This document shows, one piece after another, positions 38,392 to 50,111 of a stretch of 64,000 nt of DNA. The notes under the pieces were generated by a model. That model ran no database searches and was not told the origin of the DNA. It worked only from the letters and a program-made list of their open reading frames with translations. Position 1 is the first letter of the stretch. Every line of letters begins with the position of its first letter. The DNA comes from Obrimoposthia wandeli (taxonomy: Eukaryota): positions 806,001 through 870,000 of the forward strand of contig CDROCS010000772.1 of assembly GCA_977020255.1 (NCBI GenBank), read 5' to 3'. The translations under genes and the position numbers were made by a program.

Positions 38392-39049
38392 TTTATAGCA
38401 GCATAAAGATACATTTTAAAAATCTAATACATAATGCAAAAATACTACTTGAAATCAACACAGCGCATTTGGTTTGAATTTGTCATGTTTATCCACATAT
38501 CGCCTCACTCAGTTAACAATTGTCAACTTATAATCTTTCTCATAAGAAAAGTGTCATCGCCGAACCCAGCATATACTAAATTTGACGTCGGAAATACAAA
38601 CAAAAGTAAATAGTATGATGGTACCACATCCTTCTGTACAGCCGACACTGCGTTGATACGTCGTAATGATTTGAAAACTCAATCATGTTCTCTTGCCTCT
38701 TCGTCACAGTCTGAGGTTATGACATCAAAAGAGTCGCAATGCCAGATTGGTACAGGCCATGACTTATTATCCTGGAAGCGTTGTACCATGTCATTTTGAA
38801 GTCCCTGCGAATAAACTCGACATGAAATGATATCTTCTTCCACAATATCGTCAGCCAGGTTCTCCAATCAATGGAATTTACAGATTTGATGTCTACAGAT
38901 GTTCATTCTGAATATTTTTAATTTGAAAATGAATGACATTAGCAATGTTTTACATTCGACAAGTGTCTCTATATACCTTGCAGCGAAATATTATGGTCGT
39001 TACATTTCTCAAATATGTCACAATGAAAAGATATTTACCATATTAGAGG

Positions 39050-40150
39050 AAAGATAAAATTGAAGAAAAATAACTATTTTGTCAAAGAGTTCTACCACAT
39101 GAGCAACGCAGTTTCCCTTTGACAGCTAATGAACTTCAGTGTGATACAACAAGGCATAATCATCGTCATTATCGAAACACAGATAAAACAGAGGTTGATG
39201 TAGAATTTGTGCTTGTTAATATATCTTTAAATTGTTAAAATCAATTAATCTTACAATGAGCTGTATTTCATTTTGTTCGCTGAATTAATAACTAAATGCA
39301 GTAAATCATGAAGCTTGTCGTTTATACTTAAGCCACCAAATGCTGCTGGTGAACAGCACAATCGACGGTTAAACAGGATGATCAATTTCTTTTTTAGAAA
39401 AGCAGAAAGCCCTCTGGAATATCTAACTATAATAGGCGCCTTGTCCGATGCATATGCATCAATATTAGCAGCAAAGAAATCTTTGAAAATTTTAAAATGA
39501 ACTTAACTCTTAAATTTACAAGCTTTTTATCAGTAAACAACGTTTCATCGAACGGTAGAGGATCATGGTTGAAATATTGAACATTAAACATAATCAAGCA
39601 CTGATGATCTACCACAGTTGACCTATCCAACTACATAGAAAACTCAGAAGATTAAACAAGATCAATGAGTTGGTGTTTGAGGTCATCTCCCATCTCATCA
39701 ATTCGTCTACAATTTGTCTTATTACTGAGATAAATCGTCTTGTTAATTGTGTCCGATTTCTCATGCATAACAGTGGAGTGCACTTCTCTAATAACTTTTG
39801 GCACAAATAACTTTTCTCGAATAGTGTGAGACCTACCGACTGTTATAAGTAGCACAATGTTGTACGATGCAGTCAGACCAAAATCCTACTATACAGCTGT
39901 ATTTTGATATATTCCGGTTTCTTCAATTAGGTCTTTATGTGTAGAAATTAAGATATACGCCTGTCTGTAACTTAGCGCATTTGGAATATAAATGAGACTT
40001 CCATGACCTCGTTTCTCTAAGTCTGATTACAAACAATACACATTGGTAATTGGAAAATGTCAGAAAAGTAATAAATCCCTAAGCCAAATAACCAATGATG
40101 TATTGACGACAAACATTTTTCGTTGGAGGCATAATGCTCTGCCAAAATTC
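39050..40150 (-). pseudogene. hAT/Buster-type transposase pseudogene
   Basis: PMCIVCNQTL (N-terminal Zn finger), LTVDCAVHQQHL and YHTEV.*LSKG (YHTEVRWLSRG motif). Confidence 0.8.
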
Positions 40151-40966
40151 ATTACAAATATTACCAACACAACATTTGAACGTATGCTTCGTTTCTCCAT
40201 AAACAATGTTTATATCCAAAATCTAATTGGTGCTTTATTTGAAGCTCCGTAAATGAAATTTTTGACTTTTTAATCCAGCATATTTTATTCGTCTAATAGT
40301 CATGATTGATCAGACAAATTTCAATATATTTTTAATTCACAAGTGATGATAATTCTATTTTATAAAACGAAACGAATTATGTGTTTATCAGTTTCTTAAA
40401 TGTACTTTAGGTCTATCAGATCCTTCCATTCTTTGAACCGAAAACTCGTTCCATATCATGTCTGAAGGCACTTCGATTATTTCAGATTTGTTGTATTATT
40501 TCCTATACTGACCGTCATAATTTTTTATTTGTGTGATGTAAGAATATAACTATTAAATTATATTTGCATAACATTTATCCTTTAGAAGTTTCAATCAGTT
40601 TCTAAATGAAATGTGTGAAGTCTAATTAGAAATAATTATATATAATTCCGTATTTTAACAAAATTTTGCTTAATCTTGTTCTAACATGACCATATTAATT
40701 GAAAATTATTTTTCTTTCTTAGAAATTCATAGAATCAATTGCTTTTGTAAACTAAGGAATCTTTTTGAAATATATTCGAAAATCAAACAACAGCTACACT
40801 GAGATAAATAAAGCTACTTTCTCAAATACTTTACAAGCTCAAAAACTTAACAAAAATTAATGTAAACTAATGAATCTATTTGTGTTTATTTATTTTGAAA
40901 AATCGCGGTTGTGTTCTTTTTTGATATAGTTAAACAAAAAACTTCTGCGGCCTCGTTTACTTGCAA

Positions 40967-42150
40967 TTAACAATTAGGTACAATTTTAATTGCAACATAT
41001 TCTCTCCTTGATTGAACCTTAATCAACAATACAATAAGGAGCATGTCACAAAATATTACTACTTGAACAGAGAAAACAAATCCACATAGAACAACAACAC
41101 CAAAAAGAAAACCCTCTCTCTCTAATACTCGACATAAATTTCTTATAGACTTCGTCTTCTCTTTCCCCTGCTCCATCAATCTGACTACCCGTACCAATCC
41201 ATCTTGTCCCTCCATCAATTTCAGTATTCTCGCTAGAGGCCATTTTCTTTGCTCATTTTTCTTTTCCAATACCAGTACAAAATCATCTACTTTCAATGGT
41301 TCCCGCGTTTCCCACCATTTTTGTCTAACTGCTTACATTGGCAATATCTCATCCATCCACCTTTTCCATAATTGTTCCATCAAACCTTGTAACAACTTCC
41401 ACCGATGTTTCACATTATTCGTGGTCAAGTCGCAATTCACCGTACCTCCAGGTATCAATAAACTATTGGGCGTCAATGAAATAATTTCTTTATTATCTTG
41501 ACTCACATAACTTCATTCCACGATCTCGCTATAATTTGTGCTAGATTGATCCCTTCACATGCATCCATTAATTCCAATTTCGGAATACTCACTGTTTTCA
41601 ACGGTGTTACTTTCGATTTCGCTGTTATTAACACAATTTTTACTTTCCTTTTTTTCCTTATCCTTAGATAACGGACCCACGAATCCTAAAGGATCAAATA
41701 CTGTGGACAAAATACTTAAGAATTCTCGCTTACTAATATTGATCCCATAATTTACTTTAGTTTTAAAAATGAAATAATCTTCTTGAGGATCCCATTGAAT
41801 ACCTAATGTCTTGACTTGACGTTCTTCATCTTTGATTCGTAATACCTTTGCTTGGTCCGATAATGGAATCTGCTTCTTAATTTCCTCACTACTCGTTATC
41901 CATTTTTTGGCTTCCATTTTCGCTCCTCGCCATATTTCTTTCACTTCTAACATTCACTAGATCCTCTGTATCTACTGAGCACAAAGTATCATCCATATAA
42001 GTATTCTCCAAGATTAATCTCGCACTATCTGTATACTTCTCTTGATATCTTCCTGCGTTTCCCTTGATACCATCTGTGCCAAAAATGGCAATGCAATTAA
42101 CCCGAACACTATCCGTTCGTATTCATAGGTCACTATAGTAGGTGGATGTG
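40967..42150 (-). pseudogene. BEL/Pao LTR retrotransposon remnant (RT, peptidase A17/RNase H-like region, integrase C-terminus)
   Basis: TYEYERIVFG and YMDD (RT); KTLGIQWDP and SILSTVFDPLG (Pao-type); LWKRWMDE...VDDFVLVLE...WPLARI...DGLVRVV (DUF5641-like). Internally deleted. Confidence 0.9.
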
Positions 42151-42211
42151 TGTCTTTCGGAACAAAGACATTTGAGCCCCCCCCCCCCGAGGGATTTTTT
42201 TTTTCCCACGG

Positions 42212-42690
42212 TGATGAGTCATCGAACAAAGACCATGAGTCATCGATGAGTCATCGATGAGTCATCGAACAAAGACCATGAGTCATCGATGAGTCATCGA
42301 ACAAAGACCATGAGTCATCGAACAAAGACCATGAGTCATCGAACAAAGACCATGAGTCATCGAACAAAGACCATGAGTCATCGATGAGTCATCGAACAAA
42401 GACCATGAGTCATCGATGAGTCATCGAACAAAGACCATGAGTCATCGAACAAAGACCATGAGTCATCGAACAAAGACCATGAGTCATCGAACAAAGACCA
42501 TGAGTCATCGAACAAAGACCATGAGTCATCGATGAGTCATCGAACAAAGACCATGAGTCATCGATGAGTCATCGAACAATGACCATGTGTCTTTCGGAAC
42601 AAAGACCATGAGTCATCGAACAATGACCATGTGTCTTTCGGAACAAAGACCATGAGTCATCGAACAAAGACCATGAGTCATCGATGAGTA
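42212..42690 (+). repeat. Tandem array of 21-bp and 11-bp units with about 24 TGAGTCA motifs
   Basis: Units GAGTCATCGAACAAAGACCAT and GAGTCATCGAT in irregular order; counted by eye. Confidence 0.95.
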
Positions 42691-42728
42691 ATGTCTTTTG
42701 TCATGCGACCGTGGGAACTTTCCCATGA

Positions 42729-42886
42729 GCGCAGGAACTTTCCCACGGTCTTGAGAATTTTCCCACGCTCAAGTCCTTTGTTCTAATAATTTTCTCAAGA
42801 TCTACTATAGTAGACATGTACTTTGCAGCTCAACCATAGATGCTATTGACAAGCGGTCTTCACCAAATGATACATAAGAGTTCGGA
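42729..42886 (+). repeat. Left terminal inverted repeat (matches 54,629-54,790)
   Basis: Reverse complement of the right-end segment with few differences. Confidence 0.9.
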
Positions 42887-44312
42887 TCAAATTAGTGAAT
42901 ATTAATTACAAGGGAATGGTTGTAAGTAACATTCAACACTTACCATTTCGGACTTCGAAGCCTCATCAGTATCGACTCAAGTGTGAAGGTTACACTATTA
43001 TCATTTTCAAATCTGGTAATTTATATTTACATTTATATATAATTCTAATTTAGGTACATGCAGAATAATGGGTTGCAAAACAGTGCTGGATGAAAGCAGT
43101 CTTCCTTTTGATATAAAAATCGAAAGAATCCAATCAATCAGTCTCAGCAGAAATCTAGAAACATCGATAAACCTAAACAAGATGAGCAAGAGTATGGGAT
43201 CAGAAGCTGTTTACGAGCCAGAAATCTTCCCGGGACTTCGATACGTCAAATACAATCCCCTATGCGTGAACATTTTTGCTAGCGGGAAGATTATGATACT
43301 CGGTGTTAAATCTTTAAACTATGAGTATCTGATTGAATGTATTTTGTTTAATATAGATCTTCACACTTGTGTTATTTATTTCCTAAACCAAATAGTTTTA
43401 AAAATAGATTTCTCTTAGAGACAAAGACATCACATGTCATTACTTGCAAATAGTTGCAAATAGTTGTAATGTGGTCTAAAAATAGATTGTTCATGGGTTA
43501 TAAACAATATTTGATTTGCTTTATCATAAAATGGATGAAATTATTGAATGTAAAGAGGTTCAGGATGCATTAAAAGATCTTGCTTCAGTTATTCTCAATG
43601 CTTTAATTAGGAAAAATAATCATGAGTAATATTTATATGTAGTTTATTTAACTCTTTAGGTTACGTCATCAACTACATTTACATGAGATGTTAAATACAA
43701 TGGAAAGGTTGAATAATACTCCAATCAAATCATATGATGAAACTGATGCTCCAATGAAATCAAACCTTGTTTAATATATAAGACTAAATTGACTCGGAAT
43801 TGATAAAATGGAGAAAATCGATTCAGCACCAGAAGCAACATCATCATCAGTAACATCATCACCACCAGCAACAACAACAACAGTTATAAGAAGAGAAGAA
43901 ACTATTGATGAAGTGACGATAGAAGAAGAAATTATTATAGATCCAATTATTGAAGATAAGAGACGGATAGATTTTTAAATGCTTTGGCTTTTATGGAACC
44001 CATAATAGCTCATGCTTCGAGTATGGAAATGAACCACATGACCCATCTTTTTGATAGTTTGTTTAGTGCTAGATTTACTCAACTTAATGTAGAAAAGTTA
44101 AACAAAACCGCGATGAGTGAGATTTTAGTAAATCAATTATATATTGGTAATTATAGAGATGGGTTTGATGAAACTAATCTTTTGAATTCCAATTTCACTC
44201 ATGTAATCAATACATATATACTGGATAAAATATCTTATAAGAAATTAAAATATACTTCTGTCTTTGTAAACTCAAAATTAGGAGAAACAATAATGAAGTA
44301 TTATAAACAGAC
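42886..44312 (+). repeat. 1.43-kb inverted duplicate of 50,329-51,756 (5'-truncated TBP-like gene, 69-aa gene, 3'-truncated phosphatase-like gene)
   Basis: I saw only about three differences; lengths are 1,427 vs 1,428 bp. Confidence 0.95.
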
Positions 44313-44317
44313 ATTTT

Positions 44318-44716
44318 TTATAGCAATAATTTTATTTGATATTGTTTATGCTTTAACCAAAGCAGACAGAGTTGTCCACATGACTGTGTTAAAACATTTT
44401 GATAATGTTTCTTACTAAAATGTACTTTCTTTCCAGAATCAAGTACTGTAGATACTAATTTAGAAGGGTAATATATCCCAAAGGGATCAAAAACAAAGAT
44501 TTCATTTTCTTTAACATGTATTGCAATCCAATGTTCACCACGCAAATTAGATGAATGTGTATTGATTACATATCCACCTAGTCGAGTCAAAGAGGGGATG
44601 TGATCAAGGCTGTAGACTCCATTGAAACGCGAACCGAGTAGTTTTCTTCCGCTTTTTGTTATCTCGTCCGAACTAGAATATATATTAATTAATAAATTCA
44701 AACTGACTTACTTCAT
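44318..44716 (-). CDS. Adenain-like cysteine (maturation) protease; 39-nt intron at 44673-44711
   Basis: GEHW, FDPFG and Q...SCGQLC catalytic motifs. ATGAA|GTAAGT...TTCTAG|TTCGGAC gives MNSDEI... in frame. Confidence 0.9.
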
Positions 44717-44751
44717 TTATATATATATCTTCTTTATTGTTTTCATTCTGT

Positions 44752-45981
44752 TTATACTAGTACTGTTCCTCCCTTGGTAATTTGAACCTCAGAATCGAAT
44801 ACTCCATAGATTATAATATTAGTAGGATGTTCAAGTGCTTTTGAAAACTTGATTTCTACTTTCAAATTTCCCTGTTTAGGTATTTGAGCTTGATTAATAT
44901 CGAAATCAGGAGAGAGAACAAATGTGAACAGTGTATACTTGTCCTTGAAATCAGTCATTGAAATTCCAATATTAGCATCCTTATCCAAATGACCAAGATT
45001 TCTAATTAAAGATTGCACATAAGAAAACACATAATCATCGTTTTCAAAGTCATTCGTATAAGATTCTTGATAATCAATATTTCGTGCAAGTTTAATTGAA
45101 CTCACATTCATGTGTCCAAATTGAGAAACCTCATTTTTAGACTCACCTCCATAGGTAGAAGTGTTTTGGAAAGCAATTAAAACAAAGTTTGGAAGTTGCA
45201 TATCACCAAAAATCTGATCCTTGTAATAAGATAGTGCTCCTGTAGGGATAGCGTGAGAAACAAGATTAGTTTTTCTAATAGGATAACATGCATTTTGCTT
45301 CTCCAACCCCATTCGATGTGCAACAAGTACAGATGGTTCCACCTTTACTCTTCGAACCAGCAGTTTTGCTTCCGTAATCTCAATTGCGGTTTTAATAGTA
45401 TCAGCGCAAACAACACTAAAACCTACTGGATTTCTCTTCATCCGAATATGTGCACTTACACCGGGTAAAAGATACTTTGGTTGCTTAAAGAAATCCAAAT
45501 GGAGACTCCCACAAAGTGACAATACTTTAGACTTTGCAATCGAAGCAATTCTTCTTTTTTCATCATTGTCAAACCCAATTGCATCAAGATTAATCAATTT
45601 CGTATCATTACCGTAATTCAACAATGTTTCAATCATTGCTTTATGAGTGTAGCTAGTATTATTTCCCTCAACTTTCACATTATTGAGACTGAGAATCACA
45701 TCCTTGAAAAGAGTATGCAACATGTAATTAGCTGATTTGATATCCATACCATCATCCAAATCACCTCCACCTTCCTTTGTAACTTTCAATTTAACGAGAA
45801 ATAAACTATCATTCAAATCAAGATATTGAGTATTGGATCCATTAATATTGAATTCTAAATCCGGAGAAGATGTCCCGTTAACCGTATTTGTCGGAAATAT
45901 TTCTTCAAAACTAGCACTATCAACCACAACCTGAGGTATAGGTTTATCGAATATACACAATTCAGTTTTAGCACAACTCAT
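44752..45981 (-). CDS. Major capsid protein (double jelly-roll, Polinton PY-type)
   Basis: 409 aa; N-terminal KTELCIFDKP.PQ...FEEIFP and LEFNI...YLDLNDS motifs typical of Polinton MCPs; position next to the protease. Confidence 0.85.
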   Translation of the reverse strand: MSCAKTELCIFDKPIPQVVVDSASFEEIFPTNTVNGTSSPDLEFNINGSNTQYLDLNDSLFLVKLKVTKEGGGDLDDGMDIKSANYMLHTLFKDVILSLNNVKVEGNNTSYTHKAMIETLLNYGNDTKLINLDAIGFDNDEKRRIASIAKSKVLSLCGSLHLDFFKQPKYLLPGVSAHIRMKRNPVGFSVVCADTIKTAIEITEAKLLVRRVKVEPSVLVAHRMGLEKQNACYPIRKTNLVSHAIPTGALSYYKDQIFGDMQLPNFVLIAFQNTSTYGGESKNEVSQFGHMNVSSIKLARNIDYQESYTNDFENDDYVFSYVQSLIRNLGHLDKDANIGISMTDFKDKYTLFTFVLSPDFDINQAQIPKQGNLKVEIKFSKALEHPTNIIIYGVFDSEVQITKGGTVLV

Positions 45982-46343
45982 TACTTAAAAATTGTTCCAC
46001 CTAGTTTCAAACGTTTGTTTATACCCGATACTTTAGATGTTTTCTTACGTTTATAACCACTTCCCTTTTGAGTTTTCTTTTTCAAAAATTCAGCTAGACT
46101 TGGTGAAATTTCATTCACCTGATCCAAGGCTGCTTCCTTTAGTGTGGGAAGAAATTTCTCATCACTTGACAAGTATTTTGATCCAACATTAGCAATAAAT
46201 TTCCCGAGTCGCTTGAGTAGTGGGAAAGCAAAGCGACCAAAAACCTTCATCCATCCTGATCCATACTGTTTTCCGGCAAAATAAGGCAAATCACCTCCTT
46301 GCATCGGTTTACTATATGCATCGATTATACTTGAATCAATCAT
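45981..46343 (-). CDS. Small basic virion/core-type protein
   Basis: Q.GG and QYGSGW...FGRFAFPLLKRLGK amphipathic motif common in Polinton small ORFs; TAATG coupling to MCP. Confidence 0.65.
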   Translation of the reverse strand: MIDSSIIDAYSKPMQGGDLPYFAGKQYGSGWMKVFGRFAFPLLKRLGKFIANVGSKYLSSDEKFLPTLKEAALDQVNEISPSLAEFLKKKTQKGSGYKRKKTSKVSGINKRLKLGGTIFK

Positions 46344-47387
46344 AATTTACGAAAATGAACCGTTAAACTTGTTTTAGCTCCGTAAGCAAATGTAATTAAT
46401 CTTCCAGAATCATTACGTATATTAACTTCAATATTGTTTATAGAAGAAGAACTCACGGGAATATACATTGGATTTTCAATTGGAATATGTATAACATCAC
46501 CATACTTGTGCTTTTCCTGTTGAACCCAAATTGCTTTAATTAGGTGAAGTTTCCTTCCTCCTACGAATATTGGTTCGGTAATACTCGTGTAGATATAAAT
46601 CTGATTATATGCATTAGTCATTTTAGGAATAATCTTTGCTTTGAAAACCTCATTTTTATTTTCAAATTCATTTTCATCAAAACCGATAATTGAGGCTAAT
46701 GATTTATCCATGATGATTTTATCAATATTGGATTTCAATTTGAAATGAATCAATTTATTAACTAGTTTAAAGTTTTCAAATACATTTGGTAACACTGTTT
46801 TAAAATGTTTACACATACTTTTGCTATCGGCAAAAAAGAAAATCATTGGGAACTGAATATATTTTCCTCTCGCGTTTAACGAATCTATTTTTTATCTTGA
46901 ATGTAATTATCGGATACTTGACATGATTATCCATAATTTTTGAAACTGCATGCTTACCTTTTTCAACGTTAGGCGGAAATCCATATTGTTCTGCAACAAT
47001 TTCATCATTAAAAACTATTTCAAAATTATCCCCTTTTCCCATAATTTGAATTCGATTCTCTTTATTTAAAAAGATTGTGAAATCATCGCCCGCCTTAATA
47101 CGAGCCAAATCCATTTGACCCTTATCAAATAGTAAAGTCACATCAGTTACTTTATCAACTTCACGTTGGGTAATATATTCAATCTCAGTTTCACTTTGAA
47201 TAGATAGAGGAGAGTAATTGAAAGAAAATTCCGTAAGAGCAGCTTCCCAACCACCAGGTAAATTGATTGAGCTTTGATAATCAATACTAAAACTATTAGC
47301 AGTATTATTCGGTTGAGTTAATGGCGAACCATTACTTGGTAATACAACATACATTGAGTTCATTCTATTTGAGAAGCTAATATCCAA
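46340..47387 (-). CDS. Minor capsid (penton-like, PX-type) protein split by a single-base frameshift
   Basis: N-terminal YVVLPSN...NTANSF...WEAALTEF; C-terminal IYIYTSI.EP.FVG...PMYIPV...IEVNIRNDSG...LHFRK-type end. The frames overlap at 46824-46846 in a T run. Confidence 0.8.
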
Positions 47388-48388
47388 CTAGGTTCAGTAT
47401 ATCCATGCCACTTAACATGATATTGTTTATGCTTTCCTCTACCTTTTGTCTCTAAAATTTCTTGGATTCTATATACATTCGGTTTCTCAGGCAAGACTTG
47501 TAATTCCTCATGATAAAATTTACCCGTGATTACCTTATTGGTTTCATCCTCAATGAAATACATTACCGGCATACGTTTATTATCAATTTTAGTTATACGA
47601 AATACTTCATCACTCCAATTCTCTTTGAAATTCTTTATAAAAGGAGTAGTACTAATTTGAGAAATACGTACATAATCACCAACTTTATACTTGGGTTTCC
47701 GCGCAACTTGACTTTGGTTACGGCGTTGCCAAATTGCCATAGCATTCTCATCTGTAACATCAACGGGTCTCTTTCGGTCTAATGATGAGTGTTCACTATG
47801 ATTGTATGCATGTATTATTTGAGGTAAAACAGTAACCCAGGACTTATTTCCCTGCTTTGTGAAATACTTTTTCAAACGATCTCTCAATGTTCGATTAAAA
47901 CGTTCAACTAAAGCGGCTTTATATTGGGAAAATACTGAGTAATGATTAATATTATGTTTTTTCAATAGTGTTTCAACATGTTTATTATAAAACTCCTTTC
48001 CACTATCCGTTTGGAAATTTCTTGGTTTTATTTCTTTAATCAAAAGCTTCATTGCGGTTAAAACATCGGTACCAGACTTAGACTTTAATGGAATAGCTCG
48101 CGCGAATCTGCTAAAGACATCAACACAAGTTAAAATATATCGATATCCGTTGTTAATACTCGCATACGGAATCATTTCCATCAAATCTGCTTGCCATAAA
48201 TCATTCGGGCCGCTCGTTTTGTATGATCTCGTTGGGAACCGACGTCTCATTGGTTTGTTTAAGCTGTAAGCTAATTGATTTCTCAACCACGCCTGAGTTT
48301 CCTGCTTTGTCTTCTTTGTCTCTTTTGCTAATTTTGAAACCCCTGTGTAACCAACGGGATGACTTGGATCGAACCATATTTTCTCCAT
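47360..48388 (-). CDS. Retroviral-type (rve) integrase with C-terminal chromodomain
   Basis: WQADL, FQTDSGKEF and VERFNRTL (DDE); YRIQEIL...YHVKWHGY...SW chromodomain. Confidence 0.95.
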   Translation of the reverse strand: MEKIWFDPSHPVGYTGVSKLAKETKKTKQETQAWLRNQLAYSLNKPMRRRFPTRSYKTSGPNDLWQADLMEMIPYASINNGYRYILTCVDVFSRFARAIPLKSKSGTDVLTAMKLLIKEIKPRNFQTDSGKEFYNKHVETLLKKHNINHYSVFSQYKAALVERFNRTLRDRLKKYFTKQGNKSWVTVLPQIIHAYNHSEHSSLDRKRPVDVTDENAMAIWQRRNQSQVARKPKYKVGDYVRISQISTTPFIKNFKENWSDEVFRITKIDNKRMPVMYFIEDETNKVITGKFYHEELQVLPEKPNVYRIQEILETKGRGKHKQYHVKWHGYTEPSWILASQIE

Positions 48389-48485
48389 TGCAGCAAGACG
48401 ATTTGATTTTTAAATTGAATTTAGGAATAGATGGAAGTGATCCCATATATAAATTCATATTATTGATTCGAATTTATGTTTATAA

Positions 48486-48908
48486 TCATCGGTTAATTAG
48501 TCTACTAGCAAGTGCACCAACTATTGAGCTAATAATTGGTACGAGAAATCCTAAAAATCCACCACTTTGCTTATAAAGCAACTTACGTTTACCGATTCGT
48601 GTTTTGGCATGAAACAAAGCAAGTAGAGGTTTCTTATGCCGATTCAGGTTAGCCTTGACAATTATTTTACCAGAAACTATTTTCTGTATCATATTAAGTA
48701 AATCATCAATTACAAAAGTAGGGAATGATTTAAGAATAGCTGGGCGGCGAACAGCAGGTGCACGCATGAGAGAATTGAAATAGGCAGTACTCCTAGATTT
48801 CCTAACAACAGTTCTTTTCGATTTTTGAGCAACCATTTTCCTTGCACTTAAAACTGATTTAATCAATTTTTTAACTTCGGGTTTAACAGTTTCCTTTTTA
48901 AAATTCAT
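48486..48908 (-). CDS. Basic Polinton virion protein with GGFL motif and hydrophobic C-terminus
   Basis: KRKLLYKQSGGFLGFLVPIISSIVG, a motif widely seen in Polinton small proteins and a possible protease site; ATGA overlap with the ATPase. Confidence 0.7.
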   Translation of the reverse strand: MNFKKETVKPEVKKLIKSVLSARKMVAQKSKRTVVRKSRSTAYFNSLMRAPAVRRPAILKSFPTFVIDDLLNMIQKIVSGKIIVKANLNRHKKPLLALFHAKTRIGKRKLLYKQSGGFLGFLVPIISSIVGALASRLINR

Positions 48909-49555
48909 CTTCTCAAAACTGGTTTCTTTGTTTGTTTATAGATGGTTATTCCCGATGGATTGAATACATCAGTTCTAACTCTAAAGTCATCGGGACAATC
49001 TTGAGTAAAATCAATAAAAATGTATCCATGAGGAATAGTAGTTGCATCTTGAAATGAATCAATTAAAAACTTTCTATTATTCGGGTAAGCTTGTCTTGAA
49101 ACAAAATCAACAACCGTCTGATCACGTGGATTCTTGAAGAGAACAAGGTAATGTACATTTAAATTACGAGTTCTATGGTTCCCTCCTTGATGAAATAGAT
49201 TTTGTGTGATGAAAATAACAGTTACTTCCCGATGTCGTGCTATTTTAGTGAATAAATTATTGAAATCACTCTCTTTATTTGCTTCTTGATATAAATCATC
49301 AATAACAATAACATCATGTCGTTGTAATCGCTCAGACCAATTATCATCGAATCCATTAATGACTTTTATATTTTTGATTTTCTTAAACTCTTTACTGGTT
49401 AAACCAGCTTCTCCATCTCCTCCCTGATGCCAGTATATTTTATTAAACTTAAAACTAAAGTATTTATTATTTTGCAGTAATTTACATACAAAATGTGTTT
49501 TCCCACTACCACTAGGACCTACAATCTGAAAAACTGAATTATTTTTTAAGTTCAT
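48905..49555 (-). CDS. A32/FtsK-like DNA packaging ATPase
   Basis: Walker A GPSGSGKT, Walker B VIVIDD, ARHREVTVIFITQN and FKNPRD. Confidence 0.95.
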   Translation of the reverse strand: MNLKNNSVFQIVGPSGSGKTHFVCKLLQNNKYFSFKFNKIYWHQGGDGEAGLTSKEFKKIKNIKVINGFDDNWSERLQRHDVIVIDDLYQEANKESDFNNLFTKIARHREVTVIFITQNLFHQGGNHRTRNLNVHYLVLFKNPRDQTVVDFVSRQAYPNNRKFLIDSFQDATTIPHGYIFIDFTQDCPDDFRVRTDVFNPSGITIYKQTKKPVLRR

Positions 49556-49598
49556 ATTAAAAATATTAGATTATCGGGATAATGTTTATAAGACAAAA

Positions 49599-49880
49599 CT
49601 ATTTAAAATATTTTATTACTAAACATCCAGCAACAAACAATAAAAAACTCTTCTCGTAGAAAAAGCTACTTTTCTCTTCTTTGTTTGCGAGTTTCTTCTG
49701 ATTGTATCCCTGAATGAGAAGATTGACTGCCTTGTCATGCACCATTCTTCTTACGTGCTCCTCCAGGGGTAGATTTGAGACATCAATGAGTTGCAGGACA
49801 TCTGGTTCTATGACATTCTTCGAGATGAAGCTCTTCACCGCCTTGTCAACATCTTGCTTGAAATAGTTTGGAGTAGACAT
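49599..49880 (-). CDS. 93-aa tail-anchored hypothetical protein
   Basis: C-terminal FLLFVAGCLVIKYFK; TATATAAG upstream at 49928-49935. Confidence 0.6.
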   Translation of the reverse strand: MSTPNYFKQDVDKAVKSFISKNVIEPDVLQLIDVSNLPLEEHVRRMVHDKAVNLLIQGYNQKKLANKEEKSSFFYEKSFLLFVAGCLVIKYFK

Positions 49881-49959
49881 AATGATGATGAAGAAGTAAA
49901 AAAAAAAAAAAAAAAAAAAGTAATCTGCTTATATACTATATACCTGAAATCTGATTGGT

Positions 49960-50100
49960 TAATAAATACACTGACTAATAAAGACACTAAAGACACTGAC
50001 TAATAAAGACACTAAAGACACTGACTAATAAAGATACTGATTAATAAAAACACTGATTAATAAAAACACTGATTAATAAAAACACTGATTAAAGATAAAG
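49960..50100. repeat. Short tandem repeats (25-bp and 16-bp units) in an intergenic spacer
   Basis: ACACTGACTAATAAAGACACTAAAG x2-3, then ACACTGATTAATAAAA x3-4. Confidence 0.8.
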
Positions 50101-50111
50101 ACGAATAAAAT

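Noticed and set aside
42212-42690. CRISPR-like appearance of the repeat array
   Set aside because: No unique spacers, no cas genes, eukaryotic context.
42710-42747. Su(H) paired site (SPS)
   Set aside because: The orientation fits, but the spacer is 22 nt rather than the canonical 15-17 nt.
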